Of a stretch of 64,000 nucleotides of DNA, positions 9,581 to 19,704 are shown piece by piece; positions within the stretch are counted from its first letter, which is position 1, and every line of letters begins with the position of its first letter. A program made the translations under genes and the position numbers. Below the pieces are notes generated by a model. That model made no database searches and had not been told where the DNA came from. It saw only the letters and a program-made list of their open reading frames with translations. Where the stretch lies: contig CAVSSM010000004.1 in NCBI GenBank assembly GCA_963730605.1, positions 1 through 64,000 on the forward strand, given 5' to 3'. This DNA is from an uncultured Chlamydiae bacterium. Lineage in GTDB: Bacteria; Chlamydiota; Chlamydiia; Chlamydiales; SM23-39.

Positions 9581-9715
9581 AAAATCGGCTGGAGCGTGGC
9601 CACGACAGGCTTAGGGAGTGTTCCGTCTATCGAAGCGATGTTTGGGGACCCCGGTTCCACCCCAACCATCGAAGCGATGTTTGGGGACCCCGGTTCCGGG
9701 ACAGAAAAATCTGGG
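9581..9715. repeat. Palindromic-element copy containing a 30-bp direct repeat (9629-9658, 9668-9697) of the REP-like hairpin
   Basis: ATCGAAGCGATGTTTGGGGACCCCGGTTCC twice; flanks TCGGCTGGAGCG and GAAAAATCTG match the inner element at 3340-3475 in reverse orientation. Confidence 0.75.
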
Positions 9716-9807
9716 CGCAAATTCCTTTGAAAACTTTTATAGTCGGGTACTAGCGTGAAAGAATTCCATTTGCTATTATTTTAAATACCAGTTTCTGGAG
9801 GAGTGGA

Positions 9808-10440
9808 ATGCGATATTTACCGTTTTTATTTGTTGCCGTTTTCGCTGTAGGTTGCTGCAGCCGTTGTAAAGATCAAAGCTCGACGCGCTATCATGAAGAT
9901 GGCCGCGCAAAGCCTGTCGCCGCGATGCCTGCGATCATCGATACAACTTCTTTCGATGTTCCCTGGAGTATCTCGGAAGAGTTGACATCTTCGATCGCGC
10001 AAATGATTTCGAGGGGCGGTCAAATTATCATCCAATCTCAAGACGATTTTGCGATCGCATCGAATCCATTCGGCGGCGATCTTTCCTGGATGAAAAGGGA
10101 ATTCCAAAATCAAGAATTCGCAGTTTTTCTGGAACTTGTCGAACATGAATTTGTCCCTTCCTCCAATAACCCCTCAGACAGGGACTATGCCAATAACCTC
10201 AAGATGGGCATTCGGGTGAGAGTCATCGATTTGCGCGGGTCCGATCCAAAGATCGTTCTCCAGGAAATGATCCGCGACTCCTATTACATCCCCAAAACCT
10301 ACTTTCCAGTCGATTACAATACCGTTACTTGGGGGACCGAAGACTACAAGGATTCTCCAATGGGAACCGCTCATGCCAAGATCGCCCAGGAAGTCGCTTT
10401 GCGGGTGAGCGAGTATATCCTTTTGGCCAAAAGTAGATGA
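9808..10440 (+). CDS. Chlamydial lipoprotein (CT253-like)
   Basis: Lipobox AVGC; RYHEDGRAKP; synteny with the CPBP protease as in Chlamydia. Confidence 0.8.
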   Translation: MRYLPFLFVAVFAVGCCSRCKDQSSTRYHEDGRAKPVAAMPAIIDTTSFDVPWSISEELTSSIAQMISRGGQIIIQSQDDFAIASNPFGGDLSWMKREFQNQEFAVFLELVEHEFVPSSNNPSDRDYANNLKMGIRVRVIDLRGSDPKIVLQEMIRDSYYIPKTYFPVDYNTVTWGTEDYKDSPMGTAHAKIAQEVALRVSEYILLAKSR

Positions 10441-11294
10441 ACGGGCTCGGCAGCATCATAGGGTTCGGGGTCCTGACCCTCGTCGTCCTCTTTGTTGCGT
10501 GGAAGACGAATTATTTCGCATTTCTCAAAGAGGAGGTGAAATGGGAATTTCCCATTCGCTGGGTTCACATAGCGATTGTCTTTGCGATTTATTTTGCTGG
10601 CGTCATTTTCTTGAGCCCGCTGCTGATCGCCGTACTTCGGCGGCTGCTAACATCTTCGCCTGCGATCGCTCTAGCAACCTGGCTGAACTTCCTCAGCTCG
10701 TTTTTTATCTTAGCGTTCATTGCCATTTATTGCTCCATACTGCCTCGAAACGTTGCTTGGAAGATCTGGCGGCGGAGCGACCGGGCTTTTTTTATCCAGG
10801 ATATCGGATTCGCATTTCTTTCCTTCATCATTGCATTCCCGCTCGTCATTTTTATCAACGAGACTCTCGATCTCATCCTTTCCCGCTTTTTTCAAATTGT
10901 CGAACTGCCGGACCAACTGGCCGTCCGCTTTTTGAAAATGACTTTCGAATATCCCCGATATTTTTTCCTTTCTCTCGTATCGATCACGGTATTCGCCCCG
11001 ATGCTCGAGGAAGTGCTATTTAGGGGATTTCTCCAATCGTTCATCCGCCAGCATCTGGGAGTGAAATCGGCTATCCTCATTACTGCCCTTTGCTTTTCTT
11101 TTTTCCACTATTCCCCGGAGCAAGGGATGTCCAATATTTCGATCATCGGATCGCTCTTCCCCCTCGCCCTTTTTCTGAGCTACGTTTACGAAAAGCAAGG
11201 ATCTCTCTTTGCCTCCATGGTATTGCATGCATGTTTCAATTCGATTAGCGTCTTGAATTTATATTTTCTCGGCGGCTTTCCGAAGGCGATATAA
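10437..11294 (+). CDS. CPBP/CAAX family intramembrane metalloprotease
   Basis: APMLEEVLFRGFL, FSFFH, LHACFN motifs. Confidence 0.92.
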   Translation: MNGLGSIIGFGVLTLVVLFVAWKTNYFAFLKEEVKWEFPIRWVHIAIVFAIYFAGVIFLSPLLIAVLRRLLTSSPAIALATWLNFLSSFFILAFIAIYCSILPRNVAWKIWRRSDRAFFIQDIGFAFLSFIIAFPLVIFINETLDLILSRFFQIVELPDQLAVRFLKMTFEYPRYFFLSLVSITVFAPMLEEVLFRGFLQSFIRQHLGVKSAILITALCFSFFHYSPEQGMSNISIIGSLFPLALFLSYVYEKQGSLFASMVLHACFNSISVLNLYFLGGFPKAI

Positions 11295-11295
11295 C

Positions 11296-11458
11296 TAACC
11301 CGGTACGCAAATAGGAGACAATTTATGCAGGTAAACGGAGATTGTTCAGATCAAGGCGCCCGATGCAGGCAACCCCGAAGTGGGTTGTCGAAGCAGGGCA
11401 ACGCAGAGATGGACAATCTACGTCCTGAAGAAATGTCTCATGTTTGCATAGCGGGTTA
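11296..11458. repeat. ~163-bp palindromic (RPE/MITE-like) element
   Basis: Imperfect IR TAACCCGGTACGCAAATAGGAGACA / TGTCTCATGTTTGCATAGCGGGTTA; central GGCAACCC-CGAAGT-GGGTTGTC hairpin; fills the whole intergenic space. Confidence 0.8.
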
Positions 11459-11460
11459 AT

Positions 11461-12189
11461 ATGCGTTTAAAATCTTTCGGACTGTCCGACATCGGTTTAG
11501 AGCGGCAAAATAATGAAGATGTGTGGGCATCTCTCCCTGAAATTGGATTTTTTGCTCTGGCGGATGGGATGGGGGGCCATAAGGGTGGAGAAGTGGCCGC
11601 AAAAGAAGCAGTCAACTTTCTTCTCGATGAGGTTCGGGGGATAAAATCTACGAACTGTATGGAAATCGTGATCGAGATGCGCCATGCGATCGAAAAAGCC
11701 AACCGGTTGATTTATCAGATGGGGCAAAAATCGGAAGAGCTGACCGGGATGGGCACCACCCTTTGCTGCCTCTTTTGGACCGATGAATTCGTCGTCTATG
11801 CCCATATCGGAGATAGCCGCATCTACCGTCACAAGATGAAGCGCCTGGAACTTTTGACCCAAGACCACTCGCTTCTCGCAAGATGGCTTGCTACGGGTAA
11901 GTTGGCCGAAGAATGCGAAACCCCTTTTCCTTATAAAAATGTGATTACACGCGCCTTAGGAACAGCCCAACGGGCCAAACCGGAGATCTCCGTCCTGCCC
12001 CATTCACTGAACGACCTCTATTTTCTCTCTTCGGATGGACTTCATGACGTCCTTTCCCTCGGAGAGATGGAAACTTTGCTTAACGACTCGGGCGATTTGG
12101 CAACCTCATGTAAAAATCTGATTGAAATGGCGAAATTTAAGGGCAGTTCTGATAACATTACCCTCCTCATGATCCAATCGGAACCCTAA
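11461..12189 (+). CDS. PP2C-family Ser/Thr protein phosphatase
   Basis: RQNNED, ADGMGGH, MGTT, HIGDSRIY, SDGL, DNIT. Confidence 0.95.
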   Translation: MRLKSFGLSDIGLERQNNEDVWASLPEIGFFALADGMGGHKGGEVAAKEAVNFLLDEVRGIKSTNCMEIVIEMRHAIEKANRLIYQMGQKSEELTGMGTTLCCLFWTDEFVVYAHIGDSRIYRHKMKRLELLTQDHSLLARWLATGKLAEECETPFPYKNVITRALGTAQRAKPEISVLPHSLNDLYFLSSDGLHDVLSLGEMETLLNDSGDLATSCKNLIEMAKFKGSSDNITLLMIQSEP

Positions 12190-13307
12190 TGGACCGGATC
12201 TATCTAGACAATAATTCAACGACAGCTCTCGATCCGCGTGTTTTCAAGGCGATGCTCGCCGAGTTGAGCGGACCGGCCGGCAATCCTTCGAGCGTCCATT
12301 GGTTCGGCCAGCAGGCGAAAAATCGTCTGATGATTGCTAGGCAAGCGGCAGCTTCCTTTTTCAAAGCAAAGCCTGAGGAAATTACTTTTACTTCCGGCGG
12401 CACCGAAAGCCTCAATCTCATGCTCCGTGGGCTAAAGCCTCTCGGCCATCTCATCACCACCCCCATCGAGCATTCCGCGGTGTACCGGACGATCCAGTCG
12501 CTAGAAGCCCAAGGACTCTCCGTTACCTATATCCCAGTATGGCTTTGGGGAGCTCCTCTTCCGGAACAAATTGAAAGCGCGATTAGGCCCGATACTCGGG
12601 CGATCGCCCTCTCCGCCGCGAATGGGGAAACGGGAGTCGGGATCGAACTACCGTTGATTGCCAGTGTGGCCGAAAAACGGGGAATCCCCCTCCTTCTCGA
12701 TTGCGTGGCTTTTGTAGGCAAAGAGCCGCTGCCGATCGATCCTGGAATTACAGCGATCGCCTTAAGCGGACATAAGTTTCACGCCCCGAAAGGAGTCGGG
12801 CTTTTATTCCATCGCAGCTCTCTCAAGCTCGCTCCGTTGATTACTGGCGGCAACCAGGAGTATCAGCTTCGCGCGGGTACGGAAAATCTTGGGTCGATCT
12901 TAGGTCTAGCTGAGGCTCTCCGTATCCTAGAGGAGAGGCAAGCGGAGATCACCGCCCATATGCACGATCTAAGACTTCATTTTGAAAATGGCTTGAAGCG
13001 TTCCCTGGAATCCATTGCGATCCATGGGGAAGGTCCTAGGATCTCCAATACATCGAATATCGCATTTTTAGGGGTCGACGGGGAGACGCTTCTCATGCAG
13101 CTCGACCTTGCCGGAATCGCGGCCTCCCATGGTTCCGCTTGCTCCTCCGGGGCTCTGGAACCGTCCCGCGTCCTGACCCAAATGGGGGTCGACAAAAAAA
13201 CAGCGCGCAGCTCGCTCCGCTTTTCGGTCAGCAGAATGAATACGCGCGAAGAGATCGACCGCGCCCTCGACACAATCATTCCCATCGCAAAAAAATTGAA
13301 AAGGTAG
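12189..13307 (+). CDS. iscS: Cysteine desulfurase (NifS/IscS-like)
   Basis: IYLDNNSTT, GNPSS, FTSGGTES, SGHKFHAPKG, GSACSSG. Confidence 0.92.
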   Translation: MDRIYLDNNSTTALDPRVFKAMLAELSGPAGNPSSVHWFGQQAKNRLMIARQAAASFFKAKPEEITFTSGGTESLNLMLRGLKPLGHLITTPIEHSAVYRTIQSLEAQGLSVTYIPVWLWGAPLPEQIESAIRPDTRAIALSAANGETGVGIELPLIASVAEKRGIPLLLDCVAFVGKEPLPIDPGITAIALSGHKFHAPKGVGLLFHRSSLKLAPLITGGNQEYQLRAGTENLGSILGLAEALRILEERQAEITAHMHDLRLHFENGLKRSLESIAIHGEGPRISNTSNIAFLGVDGETLLMQLDLAGIAASHGSACSSGALEPSRVLTQMGVDKKTARSSLRFSVSRMNTREEIDRALDTIIPIAKKLKR

Positions 13308-14084
13308 AAGAGGAGAACGAGAGCTCGATTCTTTTTCTTTTAGGGATGACTAGAGAACCAGAACCCTCTCAATAAATCGAATATAATAATCCTCGTCGCA
13401 AAGAGCCTCAAGCATTTCGACAGGAAATAACCTCCCCCGTTTGATCAGTTCATCCGGGAAAATGGGATTTCCACTCGCTACGTCATAAGGAGAAACGATC
13501 GGATCGACACCTTTTTTAATGGGCATTGACACCGATCAACACTCGGTTCCTTCAGTCTTAAAAAAAGAGATCGCCCTCGAAGCTTTTTACGCAAATTTAG
13601 CCAAACAATATCCAAATGGCGCGGCCCTGGCAGGCAGCGCCCACATGGTAGACTTGGCTGGTATTTACCTCAATCGGCCGCCCATTTACGGTGAAAACAT
13701 CAACAAGCATCACGACCAATACTGATCGGAGGTGGCACATTTTAAAAATATTGCCGTCTTTCTTTTCGGCGTCGTGATGCCGCAAACGTTGAAATTTCCC
13801 ACGGAAATCGTGGAACGCGCCTTCCTACAACAATCCCTTTGAAAAAAGGATCCAAACATTCGATAGCCACACACACACGCGGCAATCTTTACAGGAGACC
13901 TAATCACAGCCGTGCGCTATGTTTTAACCTGCTCTTCCATTCGAGAAGGAAAATTCCCTCTTTTTCCCATAGAAACAATCGTAGTGGAATAATGCCCCTC
14001 TCCATGCAAAAGTCCTGCAATAGCGAGTCTCCATCTCAAAACAAGAAGCCTGGGGGGGGGGGAAATGCCCGGGCTTTTCCTAAT

Positions 14085-14976
14085 TCACGATTTCAACCCC
14101 GCTAGATCCCGCGCTAATAGAGCGATGGCCGACCAGTCAAAGGCTTCCCGGCCCAAGTTCATGCTGGTTAACAACTTTTCATGCAGCTCGCTAAGAATGG
14201 GCATCGGCACCTGGTTACGGTCTGCACAGCCCTGAAGAAGCCGAATGTCCTTTAGCCCCAGATTCAAGGCAAATCCTCCCTCAGCAAAACTACGCTTGCA
14301 GATCATGGGAGTATAACTGTGAAAAGCCAGGCAATCAAAAAGAGAACTTCCCCAAATTTCCGCGGCCCTCTCCGTAGAAATTCCCCCTTTTTCTAACATA
14401 GCTGCCGCTTCAGAAAAAGTTTCAATCAGACTGAGAATCATGAAATTATTGCATAGCTTAAACAGCGACGCTTGACTGGGACGTTCGCCTAAATCGAAAA
14501 TCTTGCGGCTCATCGCCTGCAAAATGGGAGATGCTGTTTTCTTAGCTTTGAAATCGCCTGCGAGAAAGATCCATAAAGACCCTTCCCTTGCGCGCTCTGG
14601 CCGTCCCGATGACTGGAGCTGCCAGAAATGCTATCCCTTTCTCCTTATGCTTCTTTTCCAAAGAATCGCTTAAGTCAGGAGAAACTGTGCTCATGGAGAT
14701 GTGAATCGAAGGCTTTTTGGAAGATTGCATAAGTCCAGACGGCCCCTCTACAATCTCGTGCAAGGCGTCATCATTTGCAACCATGCTCACTAAGATATCG
14801 CATAATGCCGCTAGCTCAGCCGGAGATGGAGCCCACTTGCTCCCTTTTTCAAGTAGAGGGACAGCTTTATCTTTTGTTCGATTGTAAGCCCAAAGAGGGA
14901 ACCCCGCTTTTAGAATATTCAGCGCCATGGGGAGGCCCATGTGGCCAAGTCCAACAAATCCCACTCGAGTTTCCAT
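14085..14976 (-). CDS. NAD(P)-dependent oxidoreductase (3-hydroxyisobutyrate dehydrogenase family), split by a frameshift near 14600
   Basis: GFVGLGHMG, YNRT, MSTVSP in the first ORF; KLCNNF, GFALNLGLKD in the second. Confidence 0.85.
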
Positions 14977-14994
14977 AATCTCCTCTAGCCTGCG

Positions 14995-15435
14995 TTACGA
15001 TTCCAATTTGCTAATTTTCAGCTTCCAATGATAGCAGGGTTCAGTGACTTTCTCTTGAATTCTCCAACCACTCTTGGTCCTGATGCATTTGTCATTGTAC
15101 CATACTCCCCATAACATGATTTCTTCGCCGCGTGGCGGCAATTCTAAGGGATTGTGACACAAACAGCGTACGGAGGCATGATCTCCATAAATTTTGATTT
15201 GGAAATTTGCGAGCACATGTTGACGAGGCAAATCTCCTAAGTTCTCTTTGAGAAATTTCTTGATTGTTTTTAGATCTGCGTGAGGTCCTTTAGCTTGAGA
15301 AAAATCGATGCGCGCATTCGTCGTAAAAATCCGATCCAAGGCATCTATATCTTTTTTATCGATCGCAGTCGCATACTCGGTCAGAAGATCCATGATCTCA
15401 AGCCGATCAGAAATTTCTTCTAGGGACATCACCAT
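14995..15435 (-). CDS. SnoaL-like / NTF2-family protein
   Basis: ISDRLEIMDLLTEYATAID, WYND..IRT..GWRI. Confidence 0.85.
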   Translation of the reverse strand: MVMSLEEISDRLEIMDLLTEYATAIDKKDIDALDRIFTTNARIDFSQAKGPHADLKTIKKFLKENLGDLPRQHVLANFQIKIYGDHASVRCLCHNPLELPPRGEEIMLWGVWYNDKCIRTKSGWRIQEKVTEPCYHWKLKISKLES

Positions 15436-15501
15436 GATGCATCCTCTGGATTAAATATTGACAGTTATTCTATTCTTCTTGAAATATAAACGCAACTAGG
15501 C

Positions 15502-15516
15502 TAGACGGTTAGTCTA
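15502..15516. promoter_or_regulatory. Putative antitoxin operator palindrome TAGAC-N5-GTCTA
   Basis: Inverted repeat just upstream of the Phd-type gene. Confidence 0.4.
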
Positions 15517-15530
15517 ACAAAAGGTTATGT

Positions 15531-15779
15531 ATGCGTACTGTGAATATGCATGAGGCTAAAACCCACTTTTCAAAGTTGGTTGATTCGGTCATCAAGGGAA
15601 ATGAAATTGTAATTGCTATAGCAGGAAAACCGGTGGCCAAACTGATCCCTATCGAGAAAAAACCAAAACGTCGTCCCGGCGCCCTTAAGGGGAAAATCAA
15701 AATCGCCAAAGATTTCGATGCTCCCCTTCCTGAAGATATTCTCTCAGATTTTGAGGAGCTGGTAGACATCATTCAATGA
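15531..15779 (+). CDS. Phd/YefM-family antitoxin
   Basis: VNMHEAKTHFSKLVD...G.EIVIA..GKPVAKL; C-terminal PG.LKGKI.IA.DFDAPLP. Confidence 0.9.
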   Translation: MRTVNMHEAKTHFSKLVDSVIKGNEIVIAIAGKPVAKLIPIEKKPKRRPGALKGKIKIAKDFDAPLPEDILSDFEELVDIIQ

Positions 15780-15845
15780 GAAATCCGGGTCTTTTTCTTT
15801 TTCAGAAGCTTTGGTATGCTGCCAGCAATCTAAAGGAGATCGATA

Positions 15846-16193
15846 GTGGCAAAGTTCATTGAAAGAAGTATCGCCAAAGCTGAGTTGCTCCCTTTGGAAT
15901 TAAAAGGACATGTCTCTCTTGTGAAAGCTGTAGTCGACGTGAAACGGAGAGTCATGATTGCTGGAACGTCTATGCATTCAGATGCAGAATCACTGCTTCT
16001 AGAACAAGGTTCCGAACAAGCCGATTTGTGGGGAATCAACCTCTATCTAAAAAAATCGCAGGGTGAGTGGATCGAATATGATTCCATGATCAACTTAAGA
16101 CCCTGGCAGGATAACGATTCTCGAGGCGTTGACGATCCAACCATCCGACAGAAAATACGAGAGATCGTAAATTGCTTGGTTGAAGAACAATGA
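15846..16193 (+). CDS. DUF5674-like protein
   Basis: VKAVVDV, MHSDAE..LLE.GS.Q.DLWGINLY, IEYDSMINLRP..NDSRGV. Confidence 0.8.
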   Translation: MAKFIERSIAKAELLPLELKGHVSLVKAVVDVKRRVMIAGTSMHSDAESLLLEQGSEQADLWGINLYLKKSQGEWIEYDSMINLRPWQDNDSRGVDDPTIRQKIREIVNCLVEEQ

Positions 16194-16531
16194 CTTCGCA
16201 GCATTTGATTCTAGCGGCTGAGAGCTGGTCTAAGTTTTCTCTTGAGGAACAATTGGGAAATATTGGGAGCGAGGTGAGCCGCGCCATTAAAGCTAAAGAA
16301 GATAGGGAATATTATTGGGGAGCCGTCTCGCGAGCCATAGATCTTTTCTATCTCACGATTGCCGACTCTCGTTGGAAAGGACGTTTGAAGGAGATCGTCC
16401 GAGCAAAGGAACTATTTTGCGCTGCCGCCCTGGGCAGTAATGAATTCAAAACGACTTTAGAAGATCTAGATAAATACTTTACCTACTTTGCCCTTCTTGC
16501 TCGGACTAGCAAGAGAGTTAATTCTGTATAA
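16190..16531 (+). CDS. Conserved hypothetical helical protein, translationally coupled to the DUF5674-like gene
   Basis: ATGA overlap; W..FSLEEQLGNIGSEVSRA motif. Confidence 0.7.
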   Translation: MTSQHLILAAESWSKFSLEEQLGNIGSEVSRAIKAKEDREYYWGAVSRAIDLFYLTIADSRWKGRLKEIVRAKELFCAAALGSNEFKTTLEDLDKYFTYFALLARTSKRVNSV

Positions 16532-16550
16532 TTCCGAATAGATCATCCAC

Positions 16551-17201
16551 CTATTGAATTTTTTGGTTTTTGCGGATTTCGGTCAGCAGTTCGATGTCGG
16601 CCGAGGCAACGCCAAGGCCTGAGAGGGTGGGAAGGATCAGCTTTGGGAGGGAGATCTCGCGGAACGCCCGGCCGGCGCCTTCGGGGAAAGCCGTCACATC
16701 ATCCATTAAAATCACCGCGTCGCTCTTTAAGAATTGGGACCAATTCTGATAGCGCCTTTGTGCGCTCCGATAGGAGTGGGCCCAGTCGATATGTAGGATG
16801 TCGATCTTACGCTTCCAATTCTTGGACACATGCTGGAAAGGACCAATAATCAGATGAATGTTTTTCACGTAATTGAAGCGGATCGCATGGGAAATATTGT
16901 TAAAGGCGCTATCGATCGCTAAGCTCTTGTCGGCGTAATTGCCATCTTCGAACCAATCGACCCCAAATACATGCCCCCGGTTCCGATAGGCAAAGGCGAG
17001 TGTGGAAAGTCCCCGATCGAACCCTAAATCGACAGTCGTTTTTGGCCTGAGCCGCTGCACAAGCCACATGGCAAACTCCTTGTTCCCCTTCCATGTGCTT
17101 TGAATCGAATCGATAAAAGAAGTAGCGCGATTTGCCGGCGGCTGCCTTTTAGGTCTAGCGACAGTAGTCGCATGGCGCATAGGAATTACAATCGAGGCCA
17201 T
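16551..17201 (-). CDS. Class I SAM-dependent methyltransferase (Methyltransf_24-like)
   Basis: VDLGFDRGLST, GVDWF, IDILHIDWAHSY. Confidence 0.8.
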   Translation of the reverse strand: MASIVIPMRHATTVARPKRQPPANRATSFIDSIQSTWKGNKEFAMWLVQRLRPKTTVDLGFDRGLSTLAFAYRNRGHVFGVDWFEDGNYADKSLAIDSAFNNISHAIRFNYVKNIHLIIGPFQHVSKNWKRKIDILHIDWAHSYRSAQRRYQNWSQFLKSDAVILMDDVTAFPEGAGRAFREISLPKLILPTLSGLGVASADIELLTEIRKNQKIQ

Positions 17202-17239
17202 TTCTTACCCACGAGGAAGTGATAATATAATCCTTTCGG

Positions 17240-18466
17240 TTATTCTTGAAAAGAGCGTACCGAGATCATTTTGACTCCCCGCAAAGTGGGCTCTTGGACT
17301 GTGAAAAGATAGGGACCTATCGTGACCGTTTCTCCTTCCACAGGTAGGTGATCTAGGCTCTGGATGATGAGATCGCTTAAAGTATCTTCTGCGGCAAAGG
17401 TAAGGTTTGCTTGGAATTCGCGGTTAAATGCCTCTACGGTCATATCGCCGGGCAAGGTGCGCTCGAGGTGGAGATGTAGGATAGTAGCGGCCGCTGCAGC
17501 CTGCTCTGTCGCCTCGGGACCAAAAATCTGGGCCATGATCTCATCGAGGCTAAGGAGGCCGCAGGATTGTCCCGAATCGTCGAGGACGATCGCAACGCTC
17601 TGATTGTTGCGGCGGAACTGCTCCAAAATATCGAGAATCGATGTCCCCTTGGTGACAAACCAAGGGGGCCTTGCGTGGTCGATGATGCGCCGAGTCTCTT
17701 CCACTCGCAAGAAATCCCGCAAATGTGCGACGCCTACAATATTGTGATGGATGCGATGATAGACAGGAACGATCGGGACATAGTGGATGCTTAAGAGATG
17801 GCGCACGTCAGCCACAGTCGCAGTCGTCGGCGCCATTTGAACGTTCGCAAGCGGGGTCATGAGCTCACCAACGGTCAGGGTTTTTAGCTGGAAAATCCTC
17901 CCTGCAATTTTATTGAACTCATCCTCGCTTCCCTTCTCTTTCTCCTCGAAGGCCATCCTGACCTCTTCTCTGGAGAGGAAAAGCGGAGTGTCAACGGGCT
18001 CTCTCATGAGGCGATGGATGAGGCGGGAGAGGGCATCGAAGGTCCAGATCACCGGTGAGAGGATCCGGGCAAGAGCCGCCATCGCGGGAACCAAAAGCAT
18101 GGCTGCTTGTTCAGGGTGGCGCCTAGCTGCAAACATCGGGGAGAGCTCGGCGAACACAATGACGATGATGGCCTGGGTAATCGGGGAGAGGTCGGGATTT
18201 AAATGGATCGACTCATAGAACCTGCGCGAACATTCGGAACCGATCTGGAGGGCCATGTTGATGCCAATCAGGGTCGTCCCGAAAAGACGGGAGGGGCGGT
18301 TTAAGAGATAATTGAGCCAAATCGCCCTTTTCTTTCCAATGCTGACATAATATTGAAGGCGCACCTTGTGAAAGGAGATGCAAGCCATTTCAAACAGAGC
18401 AAAGACGCCTTGCACAGCGATAGATAAAAGCGTAAAGAGCAAGAAGGGAAGCCAGTGGGGGGTCAC
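17240..18466 (-). CDS. CNNM/CBS-domain (HlyC/CorC-like) protein
   Basis: N-terminal DUF21-type TM region, CBS pair, CorC-like C-terminus. Confidence 0.88.
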   Translation of the reverse strand: MTPHWLPFLLFTLLSIAVQGVFALFEMACISFHKVRLQYYVSIGKKRAIWLNYLLNRPSRLFGTTLIGINMALQIGSECSRRFYESIHLNPDLSPITQAIIVIVFAELSPMFAARRHPEQAAMLLVPAMAALARILSPVIWTFDALSRLIHRLMREPVDTPLFLSREEVRMAFEEKEKGSEDEFNKIAGRIFQLKTLTVGELMTPLANVQMAPTTATVADVRHLLSIHYVPIVPVYHRIHHNIVGVAHLRDFLRVEETRRIIDHARPPWFVTKGTSILDILEQFRRNNQSVAIVLDDSGQSCGLLSLDEIMAQIFGPEATEQAAAAATILHLHLERTLPGDMTVEAFNREFQANLTFAAEDTLSDLIIQSLDHLPVEGETVTIGPYLFTVQEPTLRGVKMISVRSFQE

Positions 18467-19704
18467 TTGGGCCCCCCCAGCCGCCTCACATAGATGCGGC
18501 GGATACGGTTAGGATCCGCAGCTAGGATGTAGAACAAAAATTGGTCGTTTGCGTACTTTGTCCCAGGCGTAGGTATGTCTCCGAGCTGTTCGATCAACCA
18601 CCCTCCGAGAGTCAGGATATTCTCATGGGTTTTGAGGGGGATGCCGAAAATTTCCCGAAATTCGGTAAGTTCGAGTTTCCCGCTCGCGATGATCACATCG
18701 TCGGTAGACCGGGTATATCGGCTCTTCGCATCCCGCCTATCGGAGATCTCGCCAACCATAGCCTCGCTTAAGTCCTCTTGAGAAATGAGCCCGGAGACAG
18801 CGCCGTACTCGTCAACGACGATAGCCAGGCTCTCCCCTCTCTCCCGCATGTTGCTAAGTAGCGTCCAACATCTCGTCGATTCAGGGACGTAGTACGGTTT
18901 TTTCAGGATCGGGATGAGATCGCTAGGAGATGCGATCTTGTTTTGATGAAAAAAGAAGCGCTTGGTCGATAGGATGCCGAGAAGATGATCCAAATTTTCC
19001 TCGCAAACGGGAACGCGCGTCGTCTCGAGATCCACGAAAAGGTGCTTGAGCTTTTCCAAAGACTCGTCAATCGAATAAAAGAGAATCTCGTCTCTCGGCC
19101 GCATCCTTTCCTTGACGATGGAGCGCTGCAGATCGAGAGTTCCGCTCATCAGCCTGACCTCTTGAGGAAGAAGGATCCCCGTTTCTTGAGAGGTTTTTAA
19201 GACGTGGCGCAATTCATCTGCCGAAATTTCCTTCTCTTTGCGGAAGAAAAAGAAAAGAACTCGAGAAATCCAACCGGTCGCTTTCGTCAATGGGTTGCGG
19301 ATCGGCCTGAGGATGCGGGTAGCTGATGAAATAAATGGAGCTGTCCGATAGGCGACTGCCGCGTTATTGGTCATGGCGACCGATTTGGGCAAAACTTCCC
19401 CGAAAATGAGGGTGAGGGCGAGAGGCACCCCCACTTTTAAAAGCCAACTGGGAAACGCGTTGAATAGGGACGAAACAGTATTTTGGACGAGCAGGTTTGC
19501 CAAGACATTGAGCATCAGGATCGTGACGAGGATGTCCCTGGGGCGCGACATCATTTTGGCAATCAGCGCCAGCCTGGGATCCCCTCTCCCCTTGTACGAC
19601 CTGAGGGTCAATGGCGATAAGGAAAAGAGGGCTGTCTCGGCAGCCGAGAAATAAGCCGAAGAGAAAAGCAAAAGGATCAAGAGTGCGATGAGGAGCGCAG
19701 TCAT
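18463..19704 (-). CDS. CNNM/CBS-domain (HlyC/CorC-like) protein
   Basis: FSAAETALFSL, IFGEVLPKS, AIVVDEYG; probable start MTALLI. Confidence 0.9.
   Translation of the reverse strand: MTALLIALLILLLFSSAYFSAAETALFSLSPLTLRSYKGRGDPRLALIAKMMSRPRDILVTILMLNVLANLLVQNTVSSLFNAFPSWLLKVGVPLALTLIFGEVLPKSVAMTNNAAVAYRTAPFISSATRILRPIRNPLTKATGWISRVLFFFFRKEKEISADELRHVLKTSQETGILLPQEVRLMSGTLDLQRSIVKERMRPRDEILFYSIDESLEKLKHLFVDLETTRVPVCEENLDHLLGILSTKRFFFHQNKIASPSDLIPILKKPYYVPESTRCWTLLSNMRERGESLAIVVDEYGAVSGLISQEDLSEAMVGEISDRRDAKSRYTRSTDDVIIASGKLELTEFREIFGIPLKTHENILTLGGWLIEQLGDIPTPGTKYANDQFLFYILAADPNRIRRIYVRRLGGPK

Noticed and set aside
9629..9697. Mini CRISPR array
   Set aside because: Only two 30-bp units with a 9-nt spacer, no cas genes; explained by the REP-like hairpin family
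13320..14080. Short ORFs downstream of iscS
   Set aside because: Fragmented in all frames with no recognisable motif; at most a decayed gene
14523..14620. Programmed frameshift in the oxidoreductase
   Set aside because: No slippery site is evident and the assembly has indel errors; an error cannot be distinguished from a pseudogene
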